Below, piece by piece: positions 8,720 to 15,640 of a DNA stretch of 15,810 nucleotides (positions within the stretch are counted from its first letter, which is position 1; the number at the start of each line of letters is the position of its first letter). The position numbers and the translations under genes were made by a program. This stretch comes from Bdellovibrionota bacterium FG-1 (GTDB taxonomy: Bacteria > Bdellovibrionota > UBA1018). The stretch is from NCBI GenBank assembly GCA_051382295.1, contig JBBCAW010000044.1, positions 1 through 15,810 of the forward strand, in the 5' to 3' direction. The notes below the pieces were generated by a model that was not told the DNA's origin, made no database searches, and saw only the letters and a program-made list of their open reading frames with translations.

Positions 8720-9027
8720 ATTTCGGGTCCATTTTGAAGTTCTCTCAAGATCCGCTCTGCCGGGGTTTCAAGTTTTTTCTCCCGATTGCACTCACGACAA
8801 GCGGCCACGATATTGCCTTCGGTGCTCGTCCCCCCCCGCGCTAATGGAACGACGTGGTCCATGGTCAACTGGCGAGATTCAACACGCTGACCGCAATAAT
8901 AGCAAAGTCCTTGGTTCAGCTGGGTGAGCCACCATTGAGTTTTGCGCAATTTCTGGGCTTTTTCTCGTTCCTTTTTCATCCGTTTTGGATCGGTATGAGC
9001 CGGATCAAGAAAGTAATAATCTTCCAT
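8716..9027 (-). CDS. Small HNH endonuclease
   Basis: CYYCG...LTMDHVVPLARGGTSTEGNIVAACRECNREK: zinc-binding CxxC pairs plus the H-N-N beta-beta-alpha-Me motif. Confidence 0.92.
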   Translation of the reverse strand: MEDYYFLDPAHTDPKRMKKEREKAQKLRKTQWWLTQLNQGLCYYCGQRVESRQLTMDHVVPLARGGTSTEGNIVAACRECNREKKLETPAERILRELQNGPEI

Positions 9028-9106
9028 ATCTTGATCAATTTGGTATCATAAAAAAACACGCTTTGTCTAGCGAAATTGCCGCGTTGCGTGGTAGACCCCC
9101 TATCTT

Positions 9107-10753
9107 ATGATTCATCTCACGAATATCACCAAGCAATACGGCACCCGCGTCCTCTTCAAAGAAGGCAGCTTTCAGGTGCGTCCGGGCGACAAAATAGGAC
9201 TCGTGGGCCCCAACGGTGCTGGCAAAACAACGATTTTTCGAATCATGACCCACGAAGAAGGCATCGACTCGGGAGACGTCAATATCGCGGACCGACTGGT
9301 GATCGGCTACTTTTCACAATCCATGGGCGAAATGGCGGGGTGTTCGGCGCTGGAGGAAGTCAAAGCCGGCGCGGGGAGAATTTCTAAGCTCGCTCATGAA
9401 ATCGAGACCATGCAAAAGCGCCTCGAAGACTCCGCGACCCATCCCCTTTCGGATGACGATATGGAGGCCTTGCTAGAGCGCTACGGTGAAGCCCAAACTG
9501 AGTTTGAACAGCGCGGTGGTTACGATCTCGAGGCGCGCGCTCAGGCTATTCTCACCGGGCTGGGCATTGGCCCCGATCAATACGATCGCCCCGTCGAGAG
9601 CTTCAGCGGCGGCTGGAAAATGCGAATTGCCCTGGCAAAAATTCTACTGCTCAACCCCGATGCCTTGCTGATGGACGAACCCACCAATCATCTCGATCTC
9701 GAATCGATTGTCTGGCTCGAAGAATGGCTTCGTAACTTCAAAGGTTCGCTCGTCATGACTAGCCATGATCGAGAATTCATGAACCGCATCTGTACTCGTA
9801 TTGTCGAAATCGCCAACAAGCAAATCACGAACTACACAGGGAACTACGACTTTTACTTGCGAGAACGACAAATCCGCAAAGATCAACTCGTTGCCGCCGC
9901 TCGAAAACAGGACGATATGCTTGCCAAGGAAGAGGAATTCATCGCCCGCTTTGCCGCCCGAGCCTCCCATGCCGCCCAAGTGCAATCTCGCGTCAAAAAA
10001 CTCGAAAAAATCGACCGAATTGAAATCCCCTCCGAAGACAAAGTCATGAAATTTGACTTTCCAAAACCCCCTCGCAGCGGAAATGACGTGGTCAAACTGG
10101 TCAATCTAGCCAAAGAGTACAAACTCGAAAATGGAAAAACCAAGTCTGTGTTTAGTGGCGCCAACGGCGTCATTCGGCGGCTCGACAAAATTGCGGTCGT
10201 CGGGGTGAATGGTGCCGGAAAATCAACGCTTCTCAAAATCATCACGGATCAGACCGAGGCGAGCCAGGGTGAATGTGCGATTGGCGCAGGCGTAAAGGTC
10301 GGATATTTCAGCCAACATGCCCTAGAAGTCCTGAACTCGAGCAAAACACTCTTCGAGGAAATCCATGATCGAATTCCCGAGGCCACCATTGGCATGGTTC
10401 ACAATCTATTGGGCGCATTCTTATTCAGCGGTGACGAGGTCGAAAAGAAAATCAATGTTCTTTCCGGCGGAGAAAAAAGTCGCGTCGTCCTCGCGACCAT
10501 CATGGCCTCCCCGGTTAATTTTTTGGTCCTCGACGAGCCGACCAATCATCTGGACATCAAATCTCGCGAAATTCTCATGGAAGGAATCCAGAATTTTGAC
10601 GGCACGGTCGCCTTTGTGAGCCATGATCGACACTTTTTACGTTCCATTGCCAACCGGGTTTTTGAGATCGATCATGGCGAAATGCGCATTTTCGAAGGCA
10701 ATTACGATTATTACACCACCAAAACGACGCGCTCGCTCATTAATGGTGTTTAA
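9107..10753 (+). CDS. ABC-F family ATP-binding protein (ribosome-associated, no transmembrane domain)
   Basis: Two NBDs: GPNGAGKT / FSGGWKMR / LLMDEPTNHLD and GVNGAGKS / LSGGEKSR / LVLDEPTNHLD; SHDR and YTGNYDFY motifs; helical arm and inter-domain linker. Confidence 0.95.
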   Translation: MIHLTNITKQYGTRVLFKEGSFQVRPGDKIGLVGPNGAGKTTIFRIMTHEEGIDSGDVNIADRLVIGYFSQSMGEMAGCSALEEVKAGAGRISKLAHEIETMQKRLEDSATHPLSDDDMEALLERYGEAQTEFEQRGGYDLEARAQAILTGLGIGPDQYDRPVESFSGGWKMRIALAKILLLNPDALLMDEPTNHLDLESIVWLEEWLRNFKGSLVMTSHDREFMNRICTRIVEIANKQITNYTGNYDFYLRERQIRKDQLVAAARKQDDMLAKEEEFIARFAARASHAAQVQSRVKKLEKIDRIEIPSEDKVMKFDFPKPPRSGNDVVKLVNLAKEYKLENGKTKSVFSGANGVIRRLDKIAVVGVNGAGKSTLLKIITDQTEASQGECAIGAGVKVGYFSQHALEVLNSSKTLFEEIHDRIPEATIGMVHNLLGAFLFSGDEVEKKINVLSGGEKSRVVLATIMASPVNFLVLDEPTNHLDIKSREILMEGIQNFDGTVAFVSHDRHFLRSIANRVFEIDHGEMRIFEGNYDYYTTKTTRSLINGV

Positions 10754-11462
10754 GCTGAAATGAGTAAATATTGTAAGGGCGTCGAATCACAAATTGCGCA
10801 ACGTTCCGCACTGGTGTTCCTCCGGGCGTACTGCCCCGCTCCAGCCCGTGGTGCGCATGTCCATGAAAAGCACCGTCACAGCCAATGGCATCAATGGCCT
10901 CGGCCAGAAGATAACTGCCCAAGAAAGGATAGATTTCACGCCGCTCGCCCATCACGGTCGCTTCGATCGGTGAAAAATGAAGCAAGGCGAAGCGAAAGTC
11001 CGTTCTAAGCGCTTCCAACCCCGTCCGCAAAGACTCGGCCTGCAACCGGGCATGTTGGGCAAACGCCTTCATTTCAGGTTCACCGAATTCAGAAATACAA
11101 GCGCCAGAAAATCCGCCACCAAAACCTTTGATGCCCATGACACCCACACTGTGTCCGCGAATCTGAAACTCCGCCGAAGCCCCCTCCAAAACAATAATCC
11201 CCGCCTCACGCAAAAGAGCGGCAATTTCATTCTCCAAATTAGAATGAAAATCATGATTTCCCAGCACTGAAAGAACCGGAATCGAAAGCCCTTTTAAATC
11301 CTCAACCAATGCGGCCGCCTCATCAAGCGCGCCGTGTTGAGTTAAATCGCCGGCCACCAAAAATAGATCAGCCTGCCCCTCCAGGGCTTCAAATTGCGAA
11401 CGTAACCGATTTTTTGACCGACTATCATAATGAAGATCGCCCACGGCGGCGATACGGATCAT
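10740..11462 (-). CDS. Calcineurin-like metallophosphoesterase
   Basis: All five metal-binding motifs: GDLH, AGDLT, LGNHD, LLHFSP, HGHAHHG. ATG overlaps the upstream stop (ATGA 11462-11459) with a GAGGAGG Shine-Dalgarno. Confidence 0.93.
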   Translation of the reverse strand: MIRIAAVGDLHYDSRSKNRLRSQFEALEGQADLFLVAGDLTQHGALDEAAALVEDLKGLSIPVLSVLGNHDFHSNLENEIAALLREAGIIVLEGASAEFQIRGHSVGVMGIKGFGGGFSGACISEFGEPEMKAFAQHARLQAESLRTGLEALRTDFRFALLHFSPIEATVMGERREIYPFLGSYLLAEAIDAIGCDGAFHGHAHHGLERGSTPGGTPVRNVAQFVIRRPYNIYSFQLKHH

Positions 11463-12415
11463 TCGACCTCCTCGGCCGCGGCAGGTTCTTGAAAATGGAG
11501 GACTCTCACCTGATTTTCAATCGCGGCATCCGGAAGGCACTCCCGCACCACTTCCATCACCGCGTCGCGCCGCTCTGGGGCGGACACCTCACCCCGTAAG
11601 AGAATTTTATTTCCGGAATGCTCAATCTGAATATTGAGTTCATTAGTTCTTGGGTCTTGAGCCAAAGATTCATGCAGGTGGGAGATCGCGTATTCTTGCA
11701 CCCTCGATAGCGGCAGGGGAGAACGGGACGCCATTTTTTCCGCGCCTAAATTCGCGCCAGGTCGTGGGACGGGCGAAGCATCCCCAAACACGCTTCGATA
11801 AAGTTCGTGAATCACGTGATTCGGCACCCAAATATCATTGGATTGCGCATACAACAGAAGGCTCAACACCCGACGAGGGGCGCGTTTTGCCCGATGGATC
11901 AAGTAGTTCCAATCGAGACTCGCATGTGATAAAAGCGCGATCGCATCATGCCAATGATTAGGACAAAGCTCACTATGAGCCGCGACCTTAATGATCAGTA
12001 AATCTTCAGGAGCGACCATCCGGATTTTTAGACCGTGATACTGGACGGAAATCGAGCGTCCATACATTTCTGAATCCAAATAGATTTCACCCTTGGACTT
12101 AAAGATGACATCCACCAAAATATCTTCTTTAAAGGCCTTATAAAGCCAGGTGGGATCGGTCTTTTCGATCAAAAATCCGTGTTTATCGAGAGCCCTTAAA
12201 ACGATTTCGGCATCCTCAGGCCGGACAAATAAATCAATATCGTGAGTGGAGCGGGGGCGCCCGAGCCCCCCTGAAGCGATGCCGCCAATAAAAACGTAAT
12301 GCACCTCTGTACCCAAAAGAGCCGAAACCACCTCGTTCAGCACTGCATTGAAACGACCCGCAAGTTCTGGATTTTCAGTCGTACTAAAGGGGGTCGGTAG
12401 CACTTGCATCGGCAT
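11459..12415 (-). CDS. Pol-beta-superfamily nucleotidyltransferase fused to a C-terminal BON domain
   Basis: VFIGGIASGGLGRPRSTHDIDLFV (GGxA...RxTxDxD), LVDVIF, APEDLLIIK, HWHD, LDWNYL. A Pro/Gly linker precedes a BON-like HLHESLAQDPRTNELNIQIEHSGNKILLRGEVSAPERRDAVMEVV...IENQVRV (about 11695-11501). Start uncertain: ATG 12415, ATG 12409 or TTG 12427. Confidence 0.85.
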   Translation of the reverse strand: MPMQVLPTPFSTTENPELAGRFNAVLNEVVSALLGTEVHYVFIGGIASGGLGRPRSTHDIDLFVRPEDAEIVLRALDKHGFLIEKTDPTWLYKAFKEDILVDVIFKSKGEIYLDSEMYGRSISVQYHGLKIRMVAPEDLLIIKVAAHSELCPNHWHDAIALLSHASLDWNYLIHRAKRAPRRVLSLLLYAQSNDIWVPNHVIHELYRSVFGDASPVPRPGANLGAEKMASRSPLPLSRVQEYAISHLHESLAQDPRTNELNIQIEHSGNKILLRGEVSAPERRDAVMEVVRECLPDAAIENQVRVLHFQEPAAAEEVE

Positions 12416-12479
12416 TGAACCTATCAAAACTCGGGCCAGGCAATAAAAACTGAATCAAACGAGCGGCCCAGCAGCGTCA

Positions 12480-12495
12480 AGGAATGTCCCTTGCA
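12480..12495 (+). promoter_or_regulatory. Candidate sigma-54 (-24/-12) promoter for the KGG gene
   Basis: AGGAATG-TCCC-TTGCA: GG-N10-GC spacing with a consensus TTGCA, about 65 bp upstream of ATG 12559. The -24 element is only a partial match. Confidence 0.3.
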
Positions 12496-12558
12496 CACTT
12501 GATCGGTAATCGAGTGCATCTGTTTTCTCGCATCAAAACACTGTTCCAAGGAGGGACC

Positions 12559-12945
12559 ATGCCGAATATCAACCCCCATCCAGAGACCCACCTCACTGAG
12601 CCGACTCATTCTACCGACACCGCTCAGCAGAAGACCCAACCCGGTGCCCCACCGCACGATCAAGCCGTTGAAAATGCAACCCCATCCCACGAAGACCAAG
12701 CCAGGCATCCCCGGGAAAGCGGCGCCCGAGGAACGGCCGCCATGGATCCCCAAACCCGACAAGAAGTCGCCCGAAAAGGCGGAATTGCGGTTTCCCAAAA
12801 CAAACAGCACATGGCTGAAATTGGACGAAAAGGGGGCCAAAGCGTGTCAAAGAACCGTGAACATATGGCGCGGATCGGCCGAAAAGGCGGCGCCGCATCT
12901 CGGGGATCCCGAGGAAGCGGAAGCGCCGCAGGAGGAACCGCCTAA
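12559..12945 (+). CDS. KGG-repeat general stress protein (YciG/GsiB/Con-10-like hydrophilin)
   Basis: RGTAAMDPQTRQEVARKGG, HMAEIGRKGG and HMARIGRKGG repeats; hydrophilic low-complexity N-terminus; strong AAGGAGG (12548-12554) before ATG 12559. Confidence 0.92.
   Translation: MPNINPHPETHLTEPTHSTDTAQQKTQPGAPPHDQAVENATPSHEDQARHPRESGARGTAAMDPQTRQEVARKGGIAVSQNKQHMAEIGRKGGQSVSKNREHMARIGRKGGAASRGSRGSGSAAGGTA
12727..12891 (+). repeat. Three degenerate intragenic repeats with a 54-nt (18-aa) period, encoding RKGG units
   Basis: RKGG codons begin at 12772, 12826 and 12880. Confidence 0.85.
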
Positions 12946-12946
12946 G

Positions 12947-13744
12947 CTAAAAATCCATCTGCTGTCGGGGTTTTTTGATTTCTTGTAAACGCTCAAGAAA
13001 TGGGTCGGGCTGGTCTTTAGCCAGGCGGTCGCCCGAGTGGAGGCGTCCCGCTACGGCCCTATCCAAAAACTCATTGAGCCGTAATATTTGAGTGCAATCA
13101 ATGACCATCTGCTTTGCAAAACGAGGTGAAGAAAACTCCCGCACAGAATAAGAGCGCCAGACAAAGAAGGCCTGTAATTTGATCCAATCGATGTGGGGAT
13201 GAGATGCATCAAAACCCCGAGGCACTCGCGTGGAAACTCTTTCGTCCGAAAATCCCTCGGGAAAACAGTGCGAAAACGCCTTGGAACGAAAGAGCGCCTC
13301 AAACGCCGAGGCATCCACGGCAATAGCCTCCCGTATCGCACGAACTTGGCGAGAAGAAGGCATATACAAACCGCCAGCGACCAAGACACTATCCTTGCCC
13401 TCCGAGGGCTCAAGGACAAAGACCAAGCTAGGGTTGCGCTCAAAGCGGGATTCTGCCGGACGCGAGGCCGAATAAACCAGCCAGTTTTTATAAAGCGCGC
13501 CGCCCTTTTCAACCCGGTTGGAAGGTCGTTTTAATCTCCCGATTCCCTTTTGAGGGAAATGATAACCTGGCGCCTTTGAGCTCAATGCCGCCTTCAACGT
13601 GCTTGCTAAATGTTGCAACGGTTGGAGCAGTGTTTCTTCATATTCTTCACGGTTTTTGTCTAGCCACGTCGGATTTTTTTGCCTGGAGGCACGAGTCAAA
13701 AATTCGAGGGTCTTTTTGGAAAAACAGGGCACCGACGTCTTCAT
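12947..13744 (-). CDS. DUF2461 (TIGR02453)-like protein
   Basis: FSKKTLEFL...NPTWLDKNREEYE, VAGGLYMP...VRAIREAI and RVPRGFDASHPHIDWIK resemble DUF2461 motifs as recalled. Confidence 0.8.
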   Translation of the reverse strand: MKTSVPCFSKKTLEFLTRASRQKNPTWLDKNREEYEETLLQPLQHLASTLKAALSSKAPGYHFPQKGIGRLKRPSNRVEKGGALYKNWLVYSASRPAESRFERNPSLVFVLEPSEGKDSVLVAGGLYMPSSRQVRAIREAIAVDASAFEALFRSKAFSHCFPEGFSDERVSTRVPRGFDASHPHIDWIKLQAFFVWRSYSVREFSSPRFAKQMVIDCTQILRLNEFLDRAVAGRLHSGDRLAKDQPDPFLERLQEIKKPRQQMDF

Positions 13745-13746
13745 GG
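13697..13746. repeat. Direct repeat copy 1 (live 5' end of the DUF2461 gene)
   Basis: 44/50 identical to 15641-15690, including an exact 29-mer TTTTTGGAAAAACAGGGCACCGACGTCTT (13713-13741 = 15657-15685). Confidence 0.95.
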
Positions 13747-13953
13747 TGGCAACGGATACTGGAGCGGTTTTGGAAGCGCAAGGGGAAAAAAAGATAAATC
13801 ACTCAGTACACACTTGAGCTTGCAAATTTGAAAAACAGCGCAATAATCCTTTTAATTGGCTTTATGTTTTCAGCGGAAGGATGCTTATTTGATCACCTTC
13901 ACTGGAAAACTATTTTGAGCAGCAATCGCACAATCATCTGGGGAAACTAGGGG

Positions 13954-14436
13954 ATGAAGTCAAGCGTTTATATTGAGTCTTCGGTAGTTAGTTATTTTGC
14001 CAACGAATTGAGCTCCAATTTGAAAATAGCGGCCGAGCAGCGAATTACACACGAGTGGTGGAAAAAGGTTCTCCCGAAAGTTAATGCGTATGTTTCTGAT
14101 TATGTGCTTGAGGAGATTAAGAAGGGAAATCCGATCGAAGCTGCTGCGCAAATAAAAGCAGCCCAAATATTACCGCTCCTTCCAGAAAAAATGGAGACGT
14201 TTGATCTGGCCCGCGAATATATTAAGAAGCTTTCCTTACCAAAGGATGGGGAAATCGACGCATTTCACCTTGCCGTTGCCGCTGTTCACGAGGTTGATTT
14301 TTTATTAACTTGGAATTGCAAGCATATCGCAAACGCTTTCAAGTACCCGTTGATTCGGAAGATTAACAGTAAAATGGGATATCGATCTCCAACGATTTGT
14401 ACCCCACGCGAACTTATGGAGGTGCCACATGACTAA
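13954..14436 (+). CDS. PIN-domain (VapC-like) ribonuclease toxin
   Basis: VYIESSVVSY, YVSDYVLEEI, IDAFHLAVAAVHEVDFLLTWNCKHIAN, PTICTPRELM: a recognisable PIN subfamily with the TWNxKH motif. Confidence 0.88.
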   Translation: MKSSVYIESSVVSYFANELSSNLKIAAEQRITHEWWKKVLPKVNAYVSDYVLEEIKKGNPIEAAAQIKAAQILPLLPEKMETFDLAREYIKKLSLPKDGEIDAFHLAVAAVHEVDFLLTWNCKHIANAFKYPLIRKINSKMGYRSPTICTPRELMEVPHD

Positions 14437-14623
14437 GAAAAAAACAGACTCTCAGGGTGCCATTATCGACGAACTTAGAAAGGCCCGTGCTGAATTATGG
14501 CGTGAATACCATGGGGATATGAAAAAACTTCATGTCGATGCGAGAAAGACGGCAAAAACACTTGGAATGCGATATGCGGCGCCGCCAAAACGGCGCAAAA
14601 AAGATAACGGCGAGGCTGCCTGA
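14429..14623 (+). CDS. Small protein, putative antitoxin partner of the PIN toxin
   Basis: 64 aa; overlaps the PIN stop by 8 nt; GGAGGT Shine-Dalgarno. IIDELRKARAELWREYHGDM resembles small helical proteins I recall downstream of this PIN subfamily. Confidence 0.7.
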   Translation: MTKKKTDSQGAIIDELRKARAELWREYHGDMKKLHVDARKTAKTLGMRYAAPPKRRKKDNGEAA

Positions 14624-14638
14624 TTTTAGACCTACACT

Positions 14639-14660
14639 CGCCGAAATTAGGCTCTCGGCG
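14639..14660 (+). terminator. Possible intrinsic terminator of the PIN operon
   Basis: CGCCGA-N10-TCGGCG followed by TTATT, 15 nt after the stop at 14623. Confidence 0.3.
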
Positions 14661-14811
14661 TTATTGCAAAGGGGGGTGAGTTTAAAATTACCCACGAAAT
14701 ACTGGAGAGATAGGAGAAAGTATCCTAATTTGGTCTTCCCGCCCGATTCATGCCCCAATGACCCGCGCTAAGAACGAAAAGGCAGGCGGATAGATTGGGG
14801 CCATGCTATGC

Positions 14812-15189
14812 TTAAACATTTTCTCCCCCTGATTCTTTGTAAGCGCTGTCATGATCGGGATGAAGGGAGATGAATTGCATGTACACACCCTCGCGCGTTA
14901 CCCGTGCCCGGAACTTATCGGACACTCGAATGGAAGCTATAACGTCGCCAGATGCTGTTTTCTGGTTTAAAACTTCCCAATGTAATCCGCGTTTTTGTGT
15001 CATGGATGATGTTGCTAAAACCTGAGCCCAGGTCATTTTATTAATTTTTTCAATGCAGGCCCTGACTTTAAGCAGCTGAGCCAGGATTAATTCGGCGAGT
15101 TCATTTTGAACGCGGGGATATTCCAGATCCGCATGGACTATTTCGTGATGTGTTGAGCTGGTACCAGCTTCACTTTTTTTCTTTAACAC
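14812..15189 (-). CDS. Putative RelE/ParE-fold toxin
   Basis: Two N-terminal helices, then GLHWEVL...IASIRVSDKFRARV...MQFISLHPDHDSAY, matching the RelE/YoeB/HigB-like pattern (SxRh...R, C-terminal H..Y). Overlaps the upstream small gene by 20 nt; GTG start uncertain. Confidence 0.65.
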   Translation of the reverse strand: MLKKKSEAGTSSTHHEIVHADLEYPRVQNELAELILAQLLKVRACIEKINKMTWAQVLATSSMTQKRGLHWEVLNQKTASGDVIASIRVSDKFRARVTREGVYMQFISLHPDHDSAYKESGGENV

Positions 15190-15463
15190 GGGCCTTTTTT
15201 TCTAGGCGATCAAACAGGGCAGCTGTGTTTGTTGGTTTGGGTGGGTTTTTGGAATTCCACGCATTGAATTCTCGAAATTTTTCCATAGCATCGGGCGAAA
15301 AAAATGTAGCCTGGTGTTCCGGCACAAAAAAACCAGCAACGATTCTAAGCTCGGTATCACTTACTTCCTCGACACGAATTTCACGGCCAGCCCATTTTTT
15401 CCCAATGCTGATTTGTCCGTTGGGAGCTACGCGGAGCAATTTCGCTGCATTGGGTGGAGCCAT
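15170..15463 (-). CDS. Putative AbrB/MazE-like antitoxin
   Basis: LRVAPNGQISIGKKW matches the AbrB-type 'v..nGQItIP' swapped-hairpin start; VPEHQATFFSP resembles AbrB antitoxin C-terminal segments. AAGAGG Shine-Dalgarno; first gene of a two-gene operon. Confidence 0.7.
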   Translation of the reverse strand: MAPPNAAKLLRVAPNGQISIGKKWAGREIRVEEVSDTELRIVAGFFVPEHQATFFSPDAMEKFREFNAWNSKNPPKPTNTAALFDRLEKKARVKEKK

Positions 15464-15468
15464 ACAAA

Positions 15469-15509
15469 CCTCTTAAATTAAGAATATAGGAAATTACAAA
15501 ATTATGCAA
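15469..15509 (-). promoter_or_regulatory. Sigma-70-type promoter, palindromic operator candidate and RBS of the AbrB/RelE-like operon
   Basis: Minus strand TTGCAT (15509-15504), 17 bp, TATTCT (15486-15481). Inverted repeat TCTTAA-A-TTAAGA (15471-15483) covers the -10/+1 region. AAGAGG lies 5 nt before ATG 15463. Confidence 0.65.
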
Positions 15510-15640
15510 TACCTAGCAAAACAATACTAACCAGGATAATGGCCACCCTGGATGTCGCTTTAAATCACCCATTAAATTCAGTGCTTAGTTTTCGATTTCT
15601 GAGCAGTTTTTTGACCCCCCGGCCAGATGGGGCCGCTATC

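Larger units (their letters stand above)
13747..15640. mobile_element. Putative acquired toxin-antitoxin islet between the direct repeats; no mobility gene
   Basis: Bounded by the 50-bp repeat and contains only TA-like genes. Two sampled 60-nt lines in the PIN gene are about 43% GC versus about 60% in a sampled ABC-F line (a sampled aspA line is about 47%). Confidence 0.45.

Noticed and set aside
8716..10753. HNH plus ABC ATPase as a Septu (PtuAB)-like defence system
   Set aside because: The genes are divergent, and the ATPase is a canonical twin-NBD ABC-F with DEPTNHLD motifs, not a PtuA-type ATPase.
11459..12415. Nucleotidyltransferase as a CBASS CD-NTase
   Set aside because: It has the GGxA...RxTxDxD pattern rather than the GS-x(n)-DxD CD-NTase layout, and no Cap effector or Cap2/3 genes are adjacent.
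12499..12513. FNR box TTGAT...ATCGA
   Set aside because: The spacer is 5 nt rather than the required 4, and the right half-site is mismatched.
12727..12891. Periodic repeats as a CRISPR array
   Set aside because: They are degenerate, in-frame coding repeats (KGG) with no unique spacers or cas genes.
13820..13847. Sigma-70 promoter for the PIN operon (TTGCAA-16 bp-AATAAT)
   Set aside because: The -10 lacks the first T and the region is AT-rich, so the match is too weak to report as a feature.
14495..14771. ORFs 14532-14771 (+) and 14495-14758 (-) as extra islet genes
   Set aside because: They overlap the putative antitoxin, lack an RBS or motifs, and run through hairpin-rich intergenic sequence.
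14740..14817. attC site / integron cassette array in the TA islet
   Set aside because: Spacing is partly attC-like on the minus strand (GTTTAAG, 5 nt, then an arm with an extra base), but the AAC and GTT core triplets are absent. The hairpin at 13866-13910 also lacks them, and there is no intI.
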